Positions 26,045 through 41,700 of a stretch of DNA of 64,000 nucleotides are shown one piece after another. The DNA is from Trichoplax sp. H2 (taxonomy: Eukaryota). The notes beneath the pieces are model-generated. The model was not told the DNA's origin. It made no database searches and saw nothing but the letters and a program-made list of their open reading frames with translations. Each line of letters begins with the position of its first letter. Position 1 is the first letter of the stretch. Made by a program: the position numbers and the translations under genes. The stretch lies in assembly GCA_003344405.1 (NCBI GenBank), contig NOWV01000111.1, positions 62,001 to 126,000 on the forward strand. The letters are read 5' to 3'.

Positions 26045-29000
26045 TTTATATTTCAACCTAATCAAATTTTCCTATCGTCGATATTATCGTCATCTACCTA
26101 GAAGATATACATGGATCAGGTTATTATAGTTTATATTAGCAATTTTTTTCATTTATAACGATATGAAGAAAAATGTTGTATCTAAATGATTTATTAATAA
26201 TAATAGTTAACATTAGCTGAAGCCTGTATAGCTCAAAATTAATGCTAAAGTAAACAGCCTTACTAATCAATGCTCACATAGAATCTAAATCCGCTATTCT
26301 GTCATAGGTAGCGCCGCATCGATGTTAAAATTGAAGCTAAAATTAACCTTGCCATTATTATGCTTTGAAATAGCGGTCTATTAATGTAATTTAAATCGTT
26401 CCTATATCATCAAGAATTTAAGTAAATCTAATTTATAAACTGACAAAACCGATCTGTTATGTGTTATTTTAAATTCGGAAAACCAACTTAGAATAGGAGC
26501 ATTTAAACGCTATTGCAATTTTTTATGTAACACTACACATATTTTAAATTTTGACTGATAAGCATTTTGATCAAACATTATCCTATCTTTATTAAATTCT
26601 CAACACTTCAAGACATTGCCTATATCTATAATAATTTTAGCTTTATTGTATAAGGTAAAATCGATTTAAATTGCTGTCCGTAATATAGGTCTATTAATAC
26701 ATAAGATACTATTTTAATTCTTCTATTTACTTAATTCTATAACAATTTTTCTCCTAATCACAATTAGATCCTGGAATCGAACTTATAGCGATGAGTTAAT
26801 ATTTCTATCGCTGGTAACAATTGATCTAATTGTAAAAATTTTACCAACTTTCGAAATAGTATAATACTCACGGAATCGTACGACGTTTTCGTGGAATACC
26901 ATTTCAATGCACTCATAATACCCAGTAAAACTCAATAGGACAGCTTTAGTCCTTTACTTACGCGATATAGGACCTTATTTTGATATTAAAAATCTGCATA
27001 ACAGACTACAGCTTATGGTAGCTATATATAGTAATAGATGTCATACCCTTTCAGCACATACTCAAATATTCCTAATTGTGGCGCTACTGGCATTATTATA
27101 AAGTCAGCTCTCATGACTTCAAATCAATGACAAAAAAACCTAAATTATGTGCATTAAACTGATAAAACTACATGAACTTTACGGCATACAGTAATTAATG
27201 TCGCTTGATATGATATGATACCCTTGATCTAGCGTATATGTGCCTTGCTATTGATTTTTTGATACAGTGTAATCACTTTCCATCATTAATATTATGGGCA
27301 TTCGTAATCTTTGTATAAAAGGGATCAAACGTAGACTTAAACTAAATGCCTGTATAGTGCATTAAAGTTAATAGTGATTAGTGCTAGAGATAGCCTACGA
27401 GTAAGAATGGTTTCTTTGGAATATTTTAAAGAATCTATTACTGATAGGGTTCTAATAAGACATAATTTTTTACACCAGTTTGCAATATTCATCACATTGA
27501 GTTCCACTGCCATAGAAACTTACTTTTTCCCTATTCCTTACAATAAAAGTAAAGTAAACTTCTAGTTAGCAAAGAGTCAATATAAATAGGCATGTTTATT
27601 TACAACATCTCACGATTGTATTGTTGATCTGATTTTTGATAAATCATATTTCTAATCTACAATAAAGTATAGTCGTGCGGACAAAATTTTATAATAAACA
27701 ACTTTAGTGTCATTTCTGCAAGCATCTTTTGCATAGAAGCTATTACCTAATATTAATATCATTACTATCATAGCTAATAAGGAGCAGAATTATGAATTAC
27801 CTGCATTTACTACTCGTTACAAATCGAGATTTGAAGCAAGGAAATTGAAATTACGAACGCAGCATACCAATTAATTGTCATTATTTAGAAGATATTATTA
27901 TAAATGTTTATTTTTTCCTGCACAAACATCCAAGTATCATAGATAAGATATTCATCAATGATTCAAAAGTAAGCCATCTAATATGTATGAGCATGCTAGG
28001 ATTATGACGTGAAAATTACTCCGGGACACAGCAATGCCAATTCTATGATACCCAAAGAGTAAAAGTACCAGGAATAGCTACTATTTGCAGCTTTTATAGC
28101 GTAACACAAATATGATACATTAAATTATTATTTTCCAGCAAGATGACGACTAGTTAACATTTCAGTACTATTTAATATTAGGATAAAATTGAATTACCTA
28201 ACAATTAAGATAATTTAACATGAGCGTCACTAATTTACACCGCTATAAATTTATGACTTTCTATTATAAAATCTATACGAAATATTACTTTAAGGCATCT
28301 GCATATGAATAAGTAACGAATTGATTGCACTTTGAAACGGTATAGATTATACGGCTATTTTGTAAATATTATAGTAATAAAAGTATCAAGTATTATTAAT
28401 TTTCTTCATAATGATGATTAAATAGTAATTATGTCTAGGCGTCTATAGTTCGTAGTACATGCTGATAATGTCCTACGATTTTTGGCGATTTATTGTATAA
28501 AATGCATCCATGACATTCTAATTGGTTACAACATTATCTATGCCACTTTCAAATACTTTCTGAAATATTTACTGTAGCCGTAGAATAATGATATTCTGAC
28601 CCTTTCCCTGGGTTACTTATTATATTAATTAGAATGCTTTAAAAAACGTTTCTTACTTTCTCTATTGTTTAAAAAAGATCGCAAAATCTAGACAAAAAAT
28701 CATTATATTAAGCGGACAAAAGGCTAAAATATAACTTAAAAATCGATAATTATTAGCTCAGACTATTTCCTATTTTAAATTTATCTTGTTTATAAGATGT
28801 ATAAAAGTTGCAAATAGCGAATGAGAGTAACTGCCAAGATAGGATAATCTACAAAACCTCATATCTAGGAAAATTACCGGACAGATATCTAATCTATACT
28901 GAAGAGCAACACGTATGAAATAGACATCCTATCGGTATTTTTATTACGCAAACAAGCAGTTTTCATATAAGTTACATAACCAAAAGAAAATTACGAATCA

Positions 29001-32000
29001 CGTACATTAATTATGAGTAGATTGTAGTAGTCCTTTAATTTTTATAGGTGTCACAATCAAACTTAACGAAAAGAGGACTTTGCAATACAGTTCAGTAATT
29101 GCCTTGAAGCTTAGGCATAAAATTAATCTAGAATTATTTTCATCAGCCACAATAGTAAATTTATTACAAGAATAGATCCTGGTTATATAGGAAATCTTCC
29201 ATACATAAATAAGTTATTTTGGTTGTGATTGTCTCATATCCTTATTTAAGAGTTCATTAGTTCATATTTAAACAGTTCCTAATACATCATCCTATTTTTT
29301 ATAAATCTCTCGTCCAAAGTAGTATTCCAGAGTCATAGCATAATACATATCTTACCGTATATTATAATATCGAAATATATCAAAAATAGTTCTGTTTATG
29401 TTTAGCAATAATAATCAATATCACCATATGCATATGCAGCCTTCAAGTATTAAAATACACTATGCTAGAACATAACTGTAATTAAATGCATATCAGAAAC
29501 TAATCTAAGTTATAATTTTTATAATAAGCGATACTAAAAGTATCATACAGAATGTTACAATTACACTGGTAGGCATAGTATCGACAAAAATCATAGAGTT
29601 TAGATAATAATAGCTTAGATTGAGGAAAGAAAGAACTTTGTAACTAATAACCATAGTAACGTTACTTAAATATCAGTTTTGTCTCGATACAATTTCTCAG
29701 ATAAAATTCGAAATTTGATTATTGGCCTGAATTTTCTTGCCGCAACAGTATATTGCGAGTTTAATTGCCTTTCATTTCAATGTAAGCGAGCTCTAGAACA
29801 TAGGAGTCAAGGAAAAAACATAGACTGCTATTGTCTGAACAGTTTTATAAACTTTATGCAATGATCAATTGTTATCGTTGCCCTGAATTCAATCACTAAC
29901 GTTAATCTCGCATTACGTTCTGTATATATACATATGTATATGTTATATACTGAAAGATTTAATGCTAGGCATTTTATTATAGAAATATCTGATGGAACGA
30001 GATCATTTCCTGACAAGACATATAATTTATAGGATACATAGATAAGTAACGGTAGATTGTATTGTATTTCCAAAAAAATTTTAGATTATTTGCTCAATTA
30101 AAGATCAAAAAAGTTTCTGCAAAAACTGTAGTGGATCTCACCAAGGATTTTAAAGATATATTATAGGTAAGGCAAATGCTTTCTTCAGAAGCGAACTTCA
30201 GTATTTGATCAATTAACGCCAACGATCGCCTTTAAATATGCTAAATGATCGATTTATAATTTATGTAATGAATTTGATTTGAAATTCAACTTGCATAACT
30301 AATAGAAAATGTAATAGAACATTTTGCTATTGCTTTTTATTATTAAATGAAAATGAACTGAAAAAATCTATTTTCTTCACCGTAACTCAATTGTAAGTAG
30401 ACTGTAATGTCAATTTTATAACATAACGAGTGTAAGTATTCCGAAAAATTGATCAGCCCAAATTAAAATGACAGGAGTAACATCAACAGACTACTAGACA
30501 ACATATTAACTAGTGATAATTGTTAAATACTACATCCTGGTTTAGTTTTCTGTCTCCAGAAATCTACCTTAGCTAGCCTGAAAATGAAGATATTTGTGTA
30601 CTGTAACTGCTATCATTTCATTATCGTATTGATACTAACTACTACAAGATCAAATCAATCCAGAGTTTATCGAGTTAGCACTTAGTTTCATCTTAATCAT
30701 ACAACCCATTTATGTAGTGACACAGCAAAATCTCGCAATTGTATTCTTAAGCGTGCACACGGCATTATAGCTTATTTTGCTTTCTCAGGGCTACAATAAG
30801 CTAAATATTGCACAAACGGCACTTAGAAAAGTCTATGTAGACGTAAATGCTACTTTTATGATGATATTATGCTTGAATAGTAAAAATCAGATCCCAAAAA
30901 TACAGCACTAAAAGTTAAAATTTTTCCTGCATTCATATACATGACCATAATTTTATTTCCATAATTTTAATTATTTCTACTTTTGAAATTTTCATTGTTT
31001 CAATTTTGTATACTTATTCATCGTTCTTATCTTAGTTTAGATGAATCCAAAAAAGTAGAAGCTAACAAAGTTAATTACATAAAGGAAATACTATAGGACT
31101 GCCACATAAACTTTGTTCTTTTCCGACAATAGACAAATTCGTTACGGCACGGTATAATTTTTAAATCATAACAGTTCTGCTGATGCTATAACACGTGATT
31201 CATTCAGTTTTGAGTATTTTATAAAATTATAAAGCACATGTATAGATATTAGAAATAGAATTAATCACTATTCATTAATTTAGCCGCTTACTTACTCTCG
31301 TCTGTTGAGATATATAATATAGCCTTCTATTGGTCACAATATTTAATCTGAGTTTCTTTTCATATTCTATTTAAAATTTATTACATAAAAAATCGATTTT
31401 TGCAGCTGATGATTTCAGCTTTTGAAAATATATACGGGACAATACGCAAATTAAAAAATAGGTATGCATAACTAGCAGAAACTCTTTAATTATTCACTTA
31501 TGAAGCTTACCGATCCTGCTGCTATGCTAATAGGCTATTTTGAACGACAAACCATCATGCGAGATAAATTGACGCCTATTAGACTACCCAATATTAAAAC
31601 AATATGCTTCCGGATAATAATTTTATTATCTGACATTATTGTAAGTAACACTAACATCAGCTTTACAGGAAATTTTTTATGGCGTTTTATGAAGTAATAG
31701 CGGAATACTTTGTCTCTATCATCCACCGATCGAACTAAGTTGCAGTCTCTGATAAGCCTTTACTCTTTGATAACTGTTCAATGGTACCTTGCAATATCGT
31801 GGTGTCTAATACTAAATCGAAACCAACTGTCTCGTACCTTAACAGTTTCTCACAAACCAGCTTTGTGGCAAGGATAACGTAAAACAAATCTCTAAATTAC
31901 TAAAGTCTCCGGGATTCAGTATTCCTTAACCATCTCACAAGAATTTAGGCGCCTTTGCTTCTACGTTAAACGACTAAAGAATCCCGATATTATTCAGCTA

Positions 32001-35000
32001 TCTGCCGAGTTTAAATACCCTTAGGTAGCAGCCAGCATGAATAAGTCATCTTAAGATTATGAAAATTAATCCCTACTGGATAGATATATTAATGCAGAGA
32101 TATTCATAATCGCTGACATGTACTTAACGATTCTAGATAACTAGACTATAGTATGCCCATTCACAAAATTATTTATGGTATCACCTAAAATTGAGTATCT
32201 TCAAGATATTAATCACAAGCGTCACTAGACATAGTACTATAATCAATTAAAATCAATCAATTATAAGAACTCTTACTACAGAGCAGCATAATCTACCGTA
32301 ACTAATAATAACTACCATGGTTCTTACTGTAAGCCATTAACAGTTACCACCATATATAAATGTTAATTCACTAGATATAGTCATTTAATTGCATACGATC
32401 ATTCGCACCGTGACGCAATTCTAGGAAAGCGATTCTATAATCTCTATGATTATAGACGTATTTAAAATCTTTAACTTTCACGATTATTCCTATGAAAGTA
32501 GATCTTGAATTGCTATTATGAACCGTGTTGTGATCGGAATTGTTTTCTTAAAATACTTCATCATTGATGTCATTTCTAGTCAAAACAGAAATCCGTGGAC
32601 TATCGTATTATTATCTTCCTTAATTTTGATAATTTATCATACGGCAATCTACATATCATTATAATGAACTGACTGATCACGAATCAATTATTAAGTACCA
32701 TATAAAGAAATATGCAGTTTTTTTTAACGTTATCCAAGTGTTAGTCTACTCGATTTTCGTTTTTAATTTCTTATCATAACTATCAATTCTTAAAAGCGCT
32801 AATTCTAGTTGCAATTCAGCTACAATTAATCTATAAACATTTCATTTCAGTAGTAATCACATTATCATTTTCCTTTAGAATCAAAATTTATAGGCAATGT
32901 ACAAACTTATAATAAATTTAGTACTGCAGTTACTTTATGAATCAATGATAAGTCGATGTTTAAAAATAAGATGATATCTACACTTTTACGAACTTTAAAA
33001 CAACACCTATAAAATTACATATAAAGTATGGTAATAATTAATTCTATATGGCATGGTAGATTCGATTAACCAGCATTGTGGCTTAGCCTGTTAAATATTA
33101 TTTTGAAGTATTCACATTTAATGATCGCGATAAAGTATTTTCGTAGTCCACGAAAATTCAGCATGATTATAGAGGTCAACGTTCAATGCAGCCTTCGCTT
33201 GGAGTCTAAACATCTAGTGTGTATACATTTTCGATATAAGTATCTCAGATTAAAGGAAGATCCCTTGAGTATTGGTATTTTCACTAGTGAACTTTTAACG
33301 TATCGTTTAATTTAATCAAGTATTAAATTCAAAATAATTTAAAAACTGAAAAGATAAATTTTTCAGTACTCTAGCTAGCTAACACTTTATTTAAGCATGT
33401 AGAAAATTTACTTATTAGAAAACTGTAGATATACAGCAAATAGCTATCAATAAATACCTAAGTCTTGCTTGATGATTAAACTAATTCTATCTGGTCATAA
33501 TTTTACTTATCAGAACCAACATTAAGGTAACGATACCCAATATTAAGCTTACGAATTTTCTATAAGCATTAAATTCATGCTTAAGATATGACTTAATAAA
33601 ACCAAAAGAACACAAACTGTTGGATTTAGTACCCCGAAACTTGCTTTTACTCAGGTACAACGAATTATATTGCCAATACTTTCAAAACAACATTTTGTAT
33701 GATATAACAATCTATCACCACCAAATTTTAAGCTTTCATTCTTTTTTGACTATAAACTATTACGAACTTTACGAATTAAAGCGTAAATTTAAACAAAACT
33801 GGTATAAAACTTAAGATTTAGCTATTTTAGTTCATAAATAACTATCTGTCTATCTAGGCGTGACAAACTATATTGTTAAATATTGTTCATTTTTGCATTC
33901 TGATTGATGTGGTCTAACGAACTGATATTCACTGTGAGATGGTTAAGCTGAATATTCTATTTCAGCAAGAAACGTGCTAATTACGATCTAAACAGAATAT
34001 TTTTGAAATTGAAATAATTTCCAAGGTAAAAATTCCAACATTTCCATATGCACTTCAGTAGATATGAAAGATTAAATTATTGATTAGCGTAACAATTATT
34101 TTGTCCCAGTTTGATACTTTAGTGCTATAACACTCAGATAAAAATCAAGTTGTGAAACATAGGCATTTAGCAAGTTGTATGGAACATAAAATTGCTGACA
34201 ATGCAAGATTATTAATATCAAAATTTCATTTCGGCTATGGCATTTAAGAATATGATATATCATAAACCATTAAAGTCATTTTTAAACAAAAGCTGATAGC
34301 TACATTACCTCATCGTATAATAATAGAAAGGAACTTACAATAGGCAATTTGCTACTTTATAAATCTAATGATGTCATTTCAGCTAAGAGTAATTATATAA
34401 GCTTAAATATTATAACAATCTAACATTATAAAGCCTCTACCGTAACTCTTTTAAATTTAATTAATGACCTGTAATAAATTAATCTATGACTAATAATCTA
34501 GTGATGATAACGAATTTTGAACTATTATTCTATGTTTTCCAAAAATATCAAAGAAATTTTATCATTAAATACTTTATCACAGAAATTATATATAACTTTT
34601 ACAGAAGTTATAAACCAAAGAAATAACAAAAGTAAAAATCAATAATTTATGTTAAAATGGGGGCTACTAGAGACTCTAAAGAAAGTATAAATTTAATTAC
34701 CCATACTTCTTTAAGGAATACCGTCGTTAATTCTAATAAAACGTTACATTAGGTTATTGTGGTCCAATTCTAATATAAGTACTTCCTAGCGCCTAGCTTC
34801 AAATAGTTGGTCAGATTCAATGGTTCCTTAGCTTCAATAAATATTGCATTCGATTCTGTTCAGTAGTTCGTGTCTTATGAAGTATGTTATAGTTGTATTA
34901 AATAAAAGACCATCTTCTATTTACAATAAATATATCTAATAAATCTTCGATCAGCATTTACGTAATAAAATGGCTTGCATTCCAATAAACCTAACACTCA

Positions 35001-35772
35001 TAATAAATGAGGCTGATCATCGTCAAATAGACAATTCTAATCCTATAAATACGTCACTTAAGTGATGACACAGATTGCATTACAAATACTATCAAAGTTG
35101 AAATCGATGTAAGGATAATCAAGACTTATGTTGCCATGGAAATCAATTTTTAGTATAACAATATCTATTATTTTTAGTAGAATTGAGCCTTAACGATGAG
35201 AATAAGGAAGTTTATCAGCTTCAATTCGAGAGCTTATATCAACAATAGGACAGGCACTCGCAGAGATGATCACCATATTAAATATTTATTATAATAATAT
35301 AGATAAATTCCTTTATCCATTATCTCTTTAGTCATTCCTATTATTATTATTTTTGACCTTCTTTATCGTAAAGAAGACTAATTGATCTAATTAAAAGCAT
35401 TGGAATACTTTTCATCTTGAAGCTATTCTTTCTGCTAAATATTCCATAAGGTTACTAATTCTAAAAGCTACCTTTAGTATTGCACCATAAATCATTAAAA
35501 ATAACAATAAGAATTCAGGCTGCTGTTTATCTAATTTCATTATTGTTTCTTTCTGCTACTGACAAAAAGTTCTTGTATATTATTTTTTATTCTATTTCTA
35601 ATGATTATTTTAAAGAAACCCATATCTATATAAGTTTACTAGAGTTCTCCTCTTCCATTTCCATGTTTTCTTCCTTTTTCAAGCTTAATTAAACTTATGC
35701 GAACATAAATTTTGAACGTAGAAATTTTGGCTGTTGATATTTCCAAGCAGTTCGAATCGTCCTGTAGTCATT

Positions 35773-38700
35773 ATGGTAAGTTAAAACGGAGAAACCAATT
35801 CTAGTAGACGGAATCCACTCTAACTACTATCTTAATCACGATTTAAGCATATTCTAAAATATTTAAAACGATTACGTTATAGCATAATTGATTTCACAAC
35901 TCCTATTACTTTTGAAGTATCATGAAGCTTAGACTTTCAATTTTTGTACCTGTATTATCACTATGTAGCCAATAAATAGAATTATATAAAAACAAAAAAG
36001 CTACCAGTAGAAATTAGTAAATTCTAAGTATAGAAGAATTGATAAATAGAAAATAATATTACAATTTTTATCTACTTTTATCTCGTAATAAAGAAATAAT
36101 AAGCTGCCGAGTATTTGTTAGATTTTTAGTATCAAAAGATTGCAGTTTTCGTAGTCATATCTTGCTACATTGAATTTTCCATTTTTCTACGCTAGATATT
36201 TTTTAGTTCAAAAGGGACATGCAAGCTCTAGTTTCCTTCTAGTTTGAGGAAAATACAGTTCTTAATCGATACTATTATCATAACATTTAATTGTGCACTT
36301 CTCAATAGTATAGAAAAGTAAAAGGTACAATATTAGATTAAACAGAAATCAACTGCTGTCAGATACTTACACATAAGAAGATCTTTTACAGCAGGAAAGT
36401 TTACCTTGAGTTTAAATTTCAAAATTTCAGTTATATAACAACAGTCATTCTCTAATTAATTATTAAGTCAGTAAATTTTTATAATTTGAATTTCACCATC
36501 ACTTGGTGGTATCGGAGCAAGATTTAGGAGAGAAGCAAGGAAAGGCTAATTTAATTTAGCCATATTCACCTTTTATTTGTATATAGGTTATACTAGTTTG
36601 AACATATAACCTAGAAAGATAGTTTATAGCTGAGGATTTGTCTTCTAATATAATTTTCTATAGATTTATTTAATAAAAGCGATACAAAAGTACAAATTCG
36701 AACACCTATTATCAAATTACCATGCCCCATAAACTTTAACTTACTGTAATAAAGGTCATCCCACCAAGAGATAAATTAACAAATTTTGCAGTCAATCACT
36801 ATAGTTTACTCAGCTATATAGTTAATTAAATCGCGAATACGTCGACGTAGAATTTTATCTAGTAATTTCCATCCCTTGCAGACTAAGCGCTAACTTCAAA
36901 ATAAAAATTTTAGCTATTAAGATACATTTATTTTATCGTTGGTGTAATAACATTTAAATTTATATTAATAATTATGTCTGCTTTAAAGCGTGACATATTT
37001 CTAGATCTATTCCTACTTCATCCTGTAATTAAAATTACATTTATTAACTCATACACATACAACTTCGAAATGGTTATTTAACTTGAGAAAATTATTGTTA
37101 AAGAATCCCTTCTTATTGCTGTCATATATAGTATACGATGTATCGGTACATTTTGTATATGAATCCTGCACGGTAAATTTATCGTTAGTCGTCAAATCAA
37201 ACGAGGAATCTCACCATTAAAACTACTATTTCCGCTATCCTTTTCCATGCACAATAGTCTTATAAGGAAAAATTAGAAGTACTAGCTTGCAATAAAAAAC
37301 TTATTACATATTAAGTAAATTGATTTAAATTGCATGATTTTTGGTCTGAATATTTCTTATACATCCAGTGATAATAAATCTGAATCAATTCAATAGCACT
37401 TATGTAATAATAGGAAGTAGGCCACTTTCTAATAGTAATTGATACAATATATCTCAAACTGCCTACATATTTGAAAAATAGAGATATTCGTTGTAAAGCA
37501 CAAGGTAGCACCGATAGGTAGTTTTCAATTGCTACCGTAAAAGAATGATAAATTTCAGTTCAATTAAATAATTGAATACAGTCCTTATATAACTGTGTCG
37601 AGAAAATCATATTTCTTAACTATAATTATTCAGATTTTCATATGCAACGTGCCATATCTTCATTCAGTTGGCTTATATTAGCCAATCGACAAGTACCATA
37701 TTATATTCGTATTTGTGAGGTCCTTTTGCTTAGCTTGTCTATTTAGCAATACCCTTATTTCTAAAGACTTCAAGATGTACAATATTTGATGTAACCTAAA
37801 TAAATTGAGGTTATTTTACCTAAAGTTTTCAATCATCAACACTTTATAATCAAACATTAAAATACTGACTACAAATCGTCACCATGTACCATTTACTATC
37901 GGTATAAATCATTACATTAATTTTTTAGATTAGCAATTGCAAAATTGCTTCAAAAATTTGGAACTTTTACTTTAAAGATATTTACAATCTTTCAACCTTC
38001 GTACCTATTCCATAGATATCAAACAGCTAGCATCATTAATTAAGTCTTTATGATATTCAATTGGAACGGCTTTATCTCCAACTATTGCACTAGTAAGAAT
38101 GACGAATGATAAGAAAACCTTAACATTAAAATTAATTAGTAGATAGGGCGAATTATTTTTCTTCATACAAAATGTCACTTTTACTCAATGTGATGCCTGA
38201 CATCATGGAAATAATTAAGTTAAAGTGTTATCCCGTTATTAACACTTTCATATCAGTCCTTTTTATTCTAGTAAACATGCAAAGGTTTGCACTGAGAGTA
38301 AAATTATGACATCCTTTTTATTATTTAATACGATCCTTTATGAGTTTTCAAATTCTTACGCTCATGATAACATACTTGAAATGTAAACTGAATAAAAAAT
38401 AATGTATGATATGTTACTATCTTTACCCTTTCTAGCGTAATATTTGAATTAAAATAGATAAAACTGTAATAAAATAATTAATTCTATTTCCATACACTTG
38501 ATTGGATATATATTTATTAATGGATGAATCTTTCTTTTTTCAACAGCATGGCTTAATTAATCATGCCTTATCATTACTTGTAAAACGTAATTTTGGTGAT
38601 GAAGCTTGGGATTCAATCAGGTAATAAATAACTGTACTTAAAACATTGCTTAAGCTGATTTGCGGTCATTTATATCTTCTTGTTTATGAATTTTGATTCT

Positions 38701-41700
38701 TATTATCGTCCCTATGACTAGAGAGAAGATAGGAATGTCAAATAGCAGTTATTTTATACAACGTAAAGTCTACGCTGACGATGTTACGTTCGAATTAGTC
38801 AAGACTGCATCTGAAGTTTTAGGTTAGACTTATTAAGCTTTGCTGTAAATTTAAATACATTAGTAGCTCGTAGCTTTAGTCTGTATTAGCCGTCACAATT
38901 TCTTTACACTAATCGGATTACTTACTAGCGACTGCACTTGTAAATAATAATTTATCTTGTGCGTTCTAAAAATTATAATTTATCGATATGAAGTTGTGAA
39001 TACTATAAACGTTCTTCTATCTCTTTGCCCTTAGTCAAACAATTATTTTTATTAATTAATAAAATAAGCATCAGTAAGGAGGATGATAAAAATCTATTTT
39101 TTATATCAATTTAATACTTTCATGAAGTACAGTATTCATCATTTCCATGTAAGAGAAATTGCTATTATTGCATAAGTTTTTACTAGGTTGGATAACGTTA
39201 AAAACTTAATTTACCCTTTAAATTTTCGTTAAAGCAGTAAAATGCAAATTTAATTAAACCTTCAAAATCAAAAGTATCTAAATTTGTAAAACATGAAAAC
39301 TATTTGACAGGCTTACGTAGAACTACTCTACTTTAGACTTGTTAAAGTACTATACTTACGCGCTATTCAGTACTATAAAAACAACTTTAAATGTACATTC
39401 TGATATAAAAATTGAAAACTTTATGATTCATCAGATGAAGACTATCGGACTAAACCAGCTCTAGACTACCTAAATTATAGCTTCATCTACTGGTCGATAG
39501 ATGACCTTGCACAGTAGTAGATGTGATTAATAATTATGACTTATAACGGAAGATTTCATTCCACATTAGCAAAAGTTTGATATGTATGCAGTTTGAGTAA
39601 TGTACAAATTAAAATCTATTTTAAAATAATGATACTATCAAACCTTGCTTGTTTAATAACATAAAATTACTTTAATTGATATAAAAAGTGAAACGTCCTT
39701 ACTTTAGTACAGTATACAAATTTAGTTGCTTGTATTTTGCTTGATTAGTACCATAATGCAATATAAAAATTGTTAGACTGAGAAAGTGTTAATTCAATCT
39801 TTTCGATATCTGATTCCTCTTGGATATTCACACTAACCATTTCACAATTACACGACATCGCAAGATTGAAGGATCAATAATCTCTTTAATAAATTTACAT
39901 AATGAGCATAGATTTTATCTTATGGTACAAATTAAAATGTTTCTCTTTTCTTAATGACCAAATCATGGCGCAGGTATCCAAGTTAATGACTTACTGGAAA
40001 CGTTTGGCCGATTTTTTGTTAGTTTTTGCGAAGAACTAGGATATAAAAGAATTCTTGAAGTAATGGGAAGTAATCTATTCGAATTTATCAACAATTTAGA
40101 CAGTTTACACGATCATTTAGCCACAATCTATTCAGGAATGAAGGCTCCATCATTCCGATGCAAATACAACAGCGATAATGATACCATAACACTTCATTAC
40201 TACTCTACTCGACCCAACTTAGAATATATTGTTGTAGGAATCATTAAAGAAGTTGCTGAAAAAATTCACTTAATTGATATTAACATGGAAGTAGTTAAAA
40301 CAAGACAAAATCAATTAGACGATATCCAATTTTTAATCTATTCCAAAAATCCAGCAAAAGCAAGAATCAAATGCCATGATCGATTGCGGCGGTCTATTGC
40401 TAGTAGCACCAGTAATGGTATTGCTGCTGATAATACTTCTACAACATCGACTAAAGCTGTTAGCTCAACTACTATATCATCCATACCTATCTATCAACAA
40501 CGTCAAGGAAAGCAAATGAAGAATTCTGAGACATGCAATTTTATTGCGCCGACCACTTTTTGTCGAGCTTTTCCTTTTCATGTCTTATTCGATCAAGATT
40601 TATCTATACAACAGTTAGGCCATGTTATTGAACGAATGATACCTGGCTTTTATTTAGGAGACTTGAAAATGGATAAAATATTTAAAATTGTGAGACCAGT
40701 TATTCAATTCGACTTTCATTCTATTCTATCTCATATTAATACCGTATTTGTTTTAACCATGAAGCCACTATGCCCAAGTTTTCTAGAGCAATATCTTCAA
40801 TGGTCCGACGTACGATTTAAAGGCCAAATGATATATTTAGAGGAAAATGAAATGATGCTCTTTCATTGTTCAGTTAGTATATCGAGCTTAGAAGAATTGC
40901 GAAGCCACGGGTTATATTTATGCGATATACCACGTTATGATGCTAGCCGGAATGTTATTTTAAGATCTGACCATTTTCGCCATGATTATCAAATGATGTT
41001 GCAACTAGAAACATTAAATGATCGCTTAGCTGATACTTACCAGCAATTACAAAAGGAGAAAGATTTAACGGGGGAATTACTATATTCAGTCATGCCTCCT
41101 TCTGTAGCGAAACAACTTCGACTTGGCCACAAAGCTGTTCCAAGTAAACATAGTATGGCATCTGTAATGTTTTGTAAAGTGTCAACATTTCAAGATATAA
41201 CAACAAATATTGAGCCAACGAAACTAATAGCGTTGCTGAATGATATATATATTACATTTGATCAGATTATTGATCGCCAAGGTGATGAGTTCTATAAGGT
41301 AAATTAAAATTTTAGACTCGAATGCACTTAATGGTGTAGTTTTATATCGTTACAAGCTAAGTACCGTTGAAAATAAGATCTTTGCTATATTCTCAGTCCA
41401 TATAGGACTATAGATATTTCATAAACTATGTTAATGGTCGAAAAATTTGCTATAATTGTACCACGATCAGGTAGAAACACTGGGTGATAAGTATATGGTA
41501 GCTAGTGGAATACCACAATATCAATCAACACACGCTAAAAGTATAGTTAAAGTAGCTATTGAAATGATGAATACGTCGCAAAAGCGAGGAAATAAGAAGT
41601 TATCCGCTATGGTAATTCTGATAAATATTGTTATCTAAAGGCATAATGTTATGAGAACGTTTGTAAATTTGCTAATTTTTTGTTCCTATAATTTTGAAAA

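Noticed and set aside
26760-26833. Hairpin acaattagatc...gatctaattgt with a short inner stem
   Set aside because: An 11-bp AT-rich stem with a poorly paired interior is plausible by chance, and there are no ncRNA hallmarks.
26100-35700. Hidden gene or fifth sGC pseudogene between sGC-2 and sGC-3
   Set aside because: Only 60-80-aa low-complexity ORFs with no cyclase or H-NOX motifs that I could see. A translated similarity search would be needed to exclude a highly decayed copy.
40198-40245. Possible O2-binding distal Tyr in sGC-3 (NLEYIVVG)
   Set aside because: Counting from YxSxR, the Tyr is at position 144. The O2-discriminating position 145 is Ile in sGC-3 and sGC-4 (Phe in sGC-2), so they look NO-selective, not like atypical O2 sensors.
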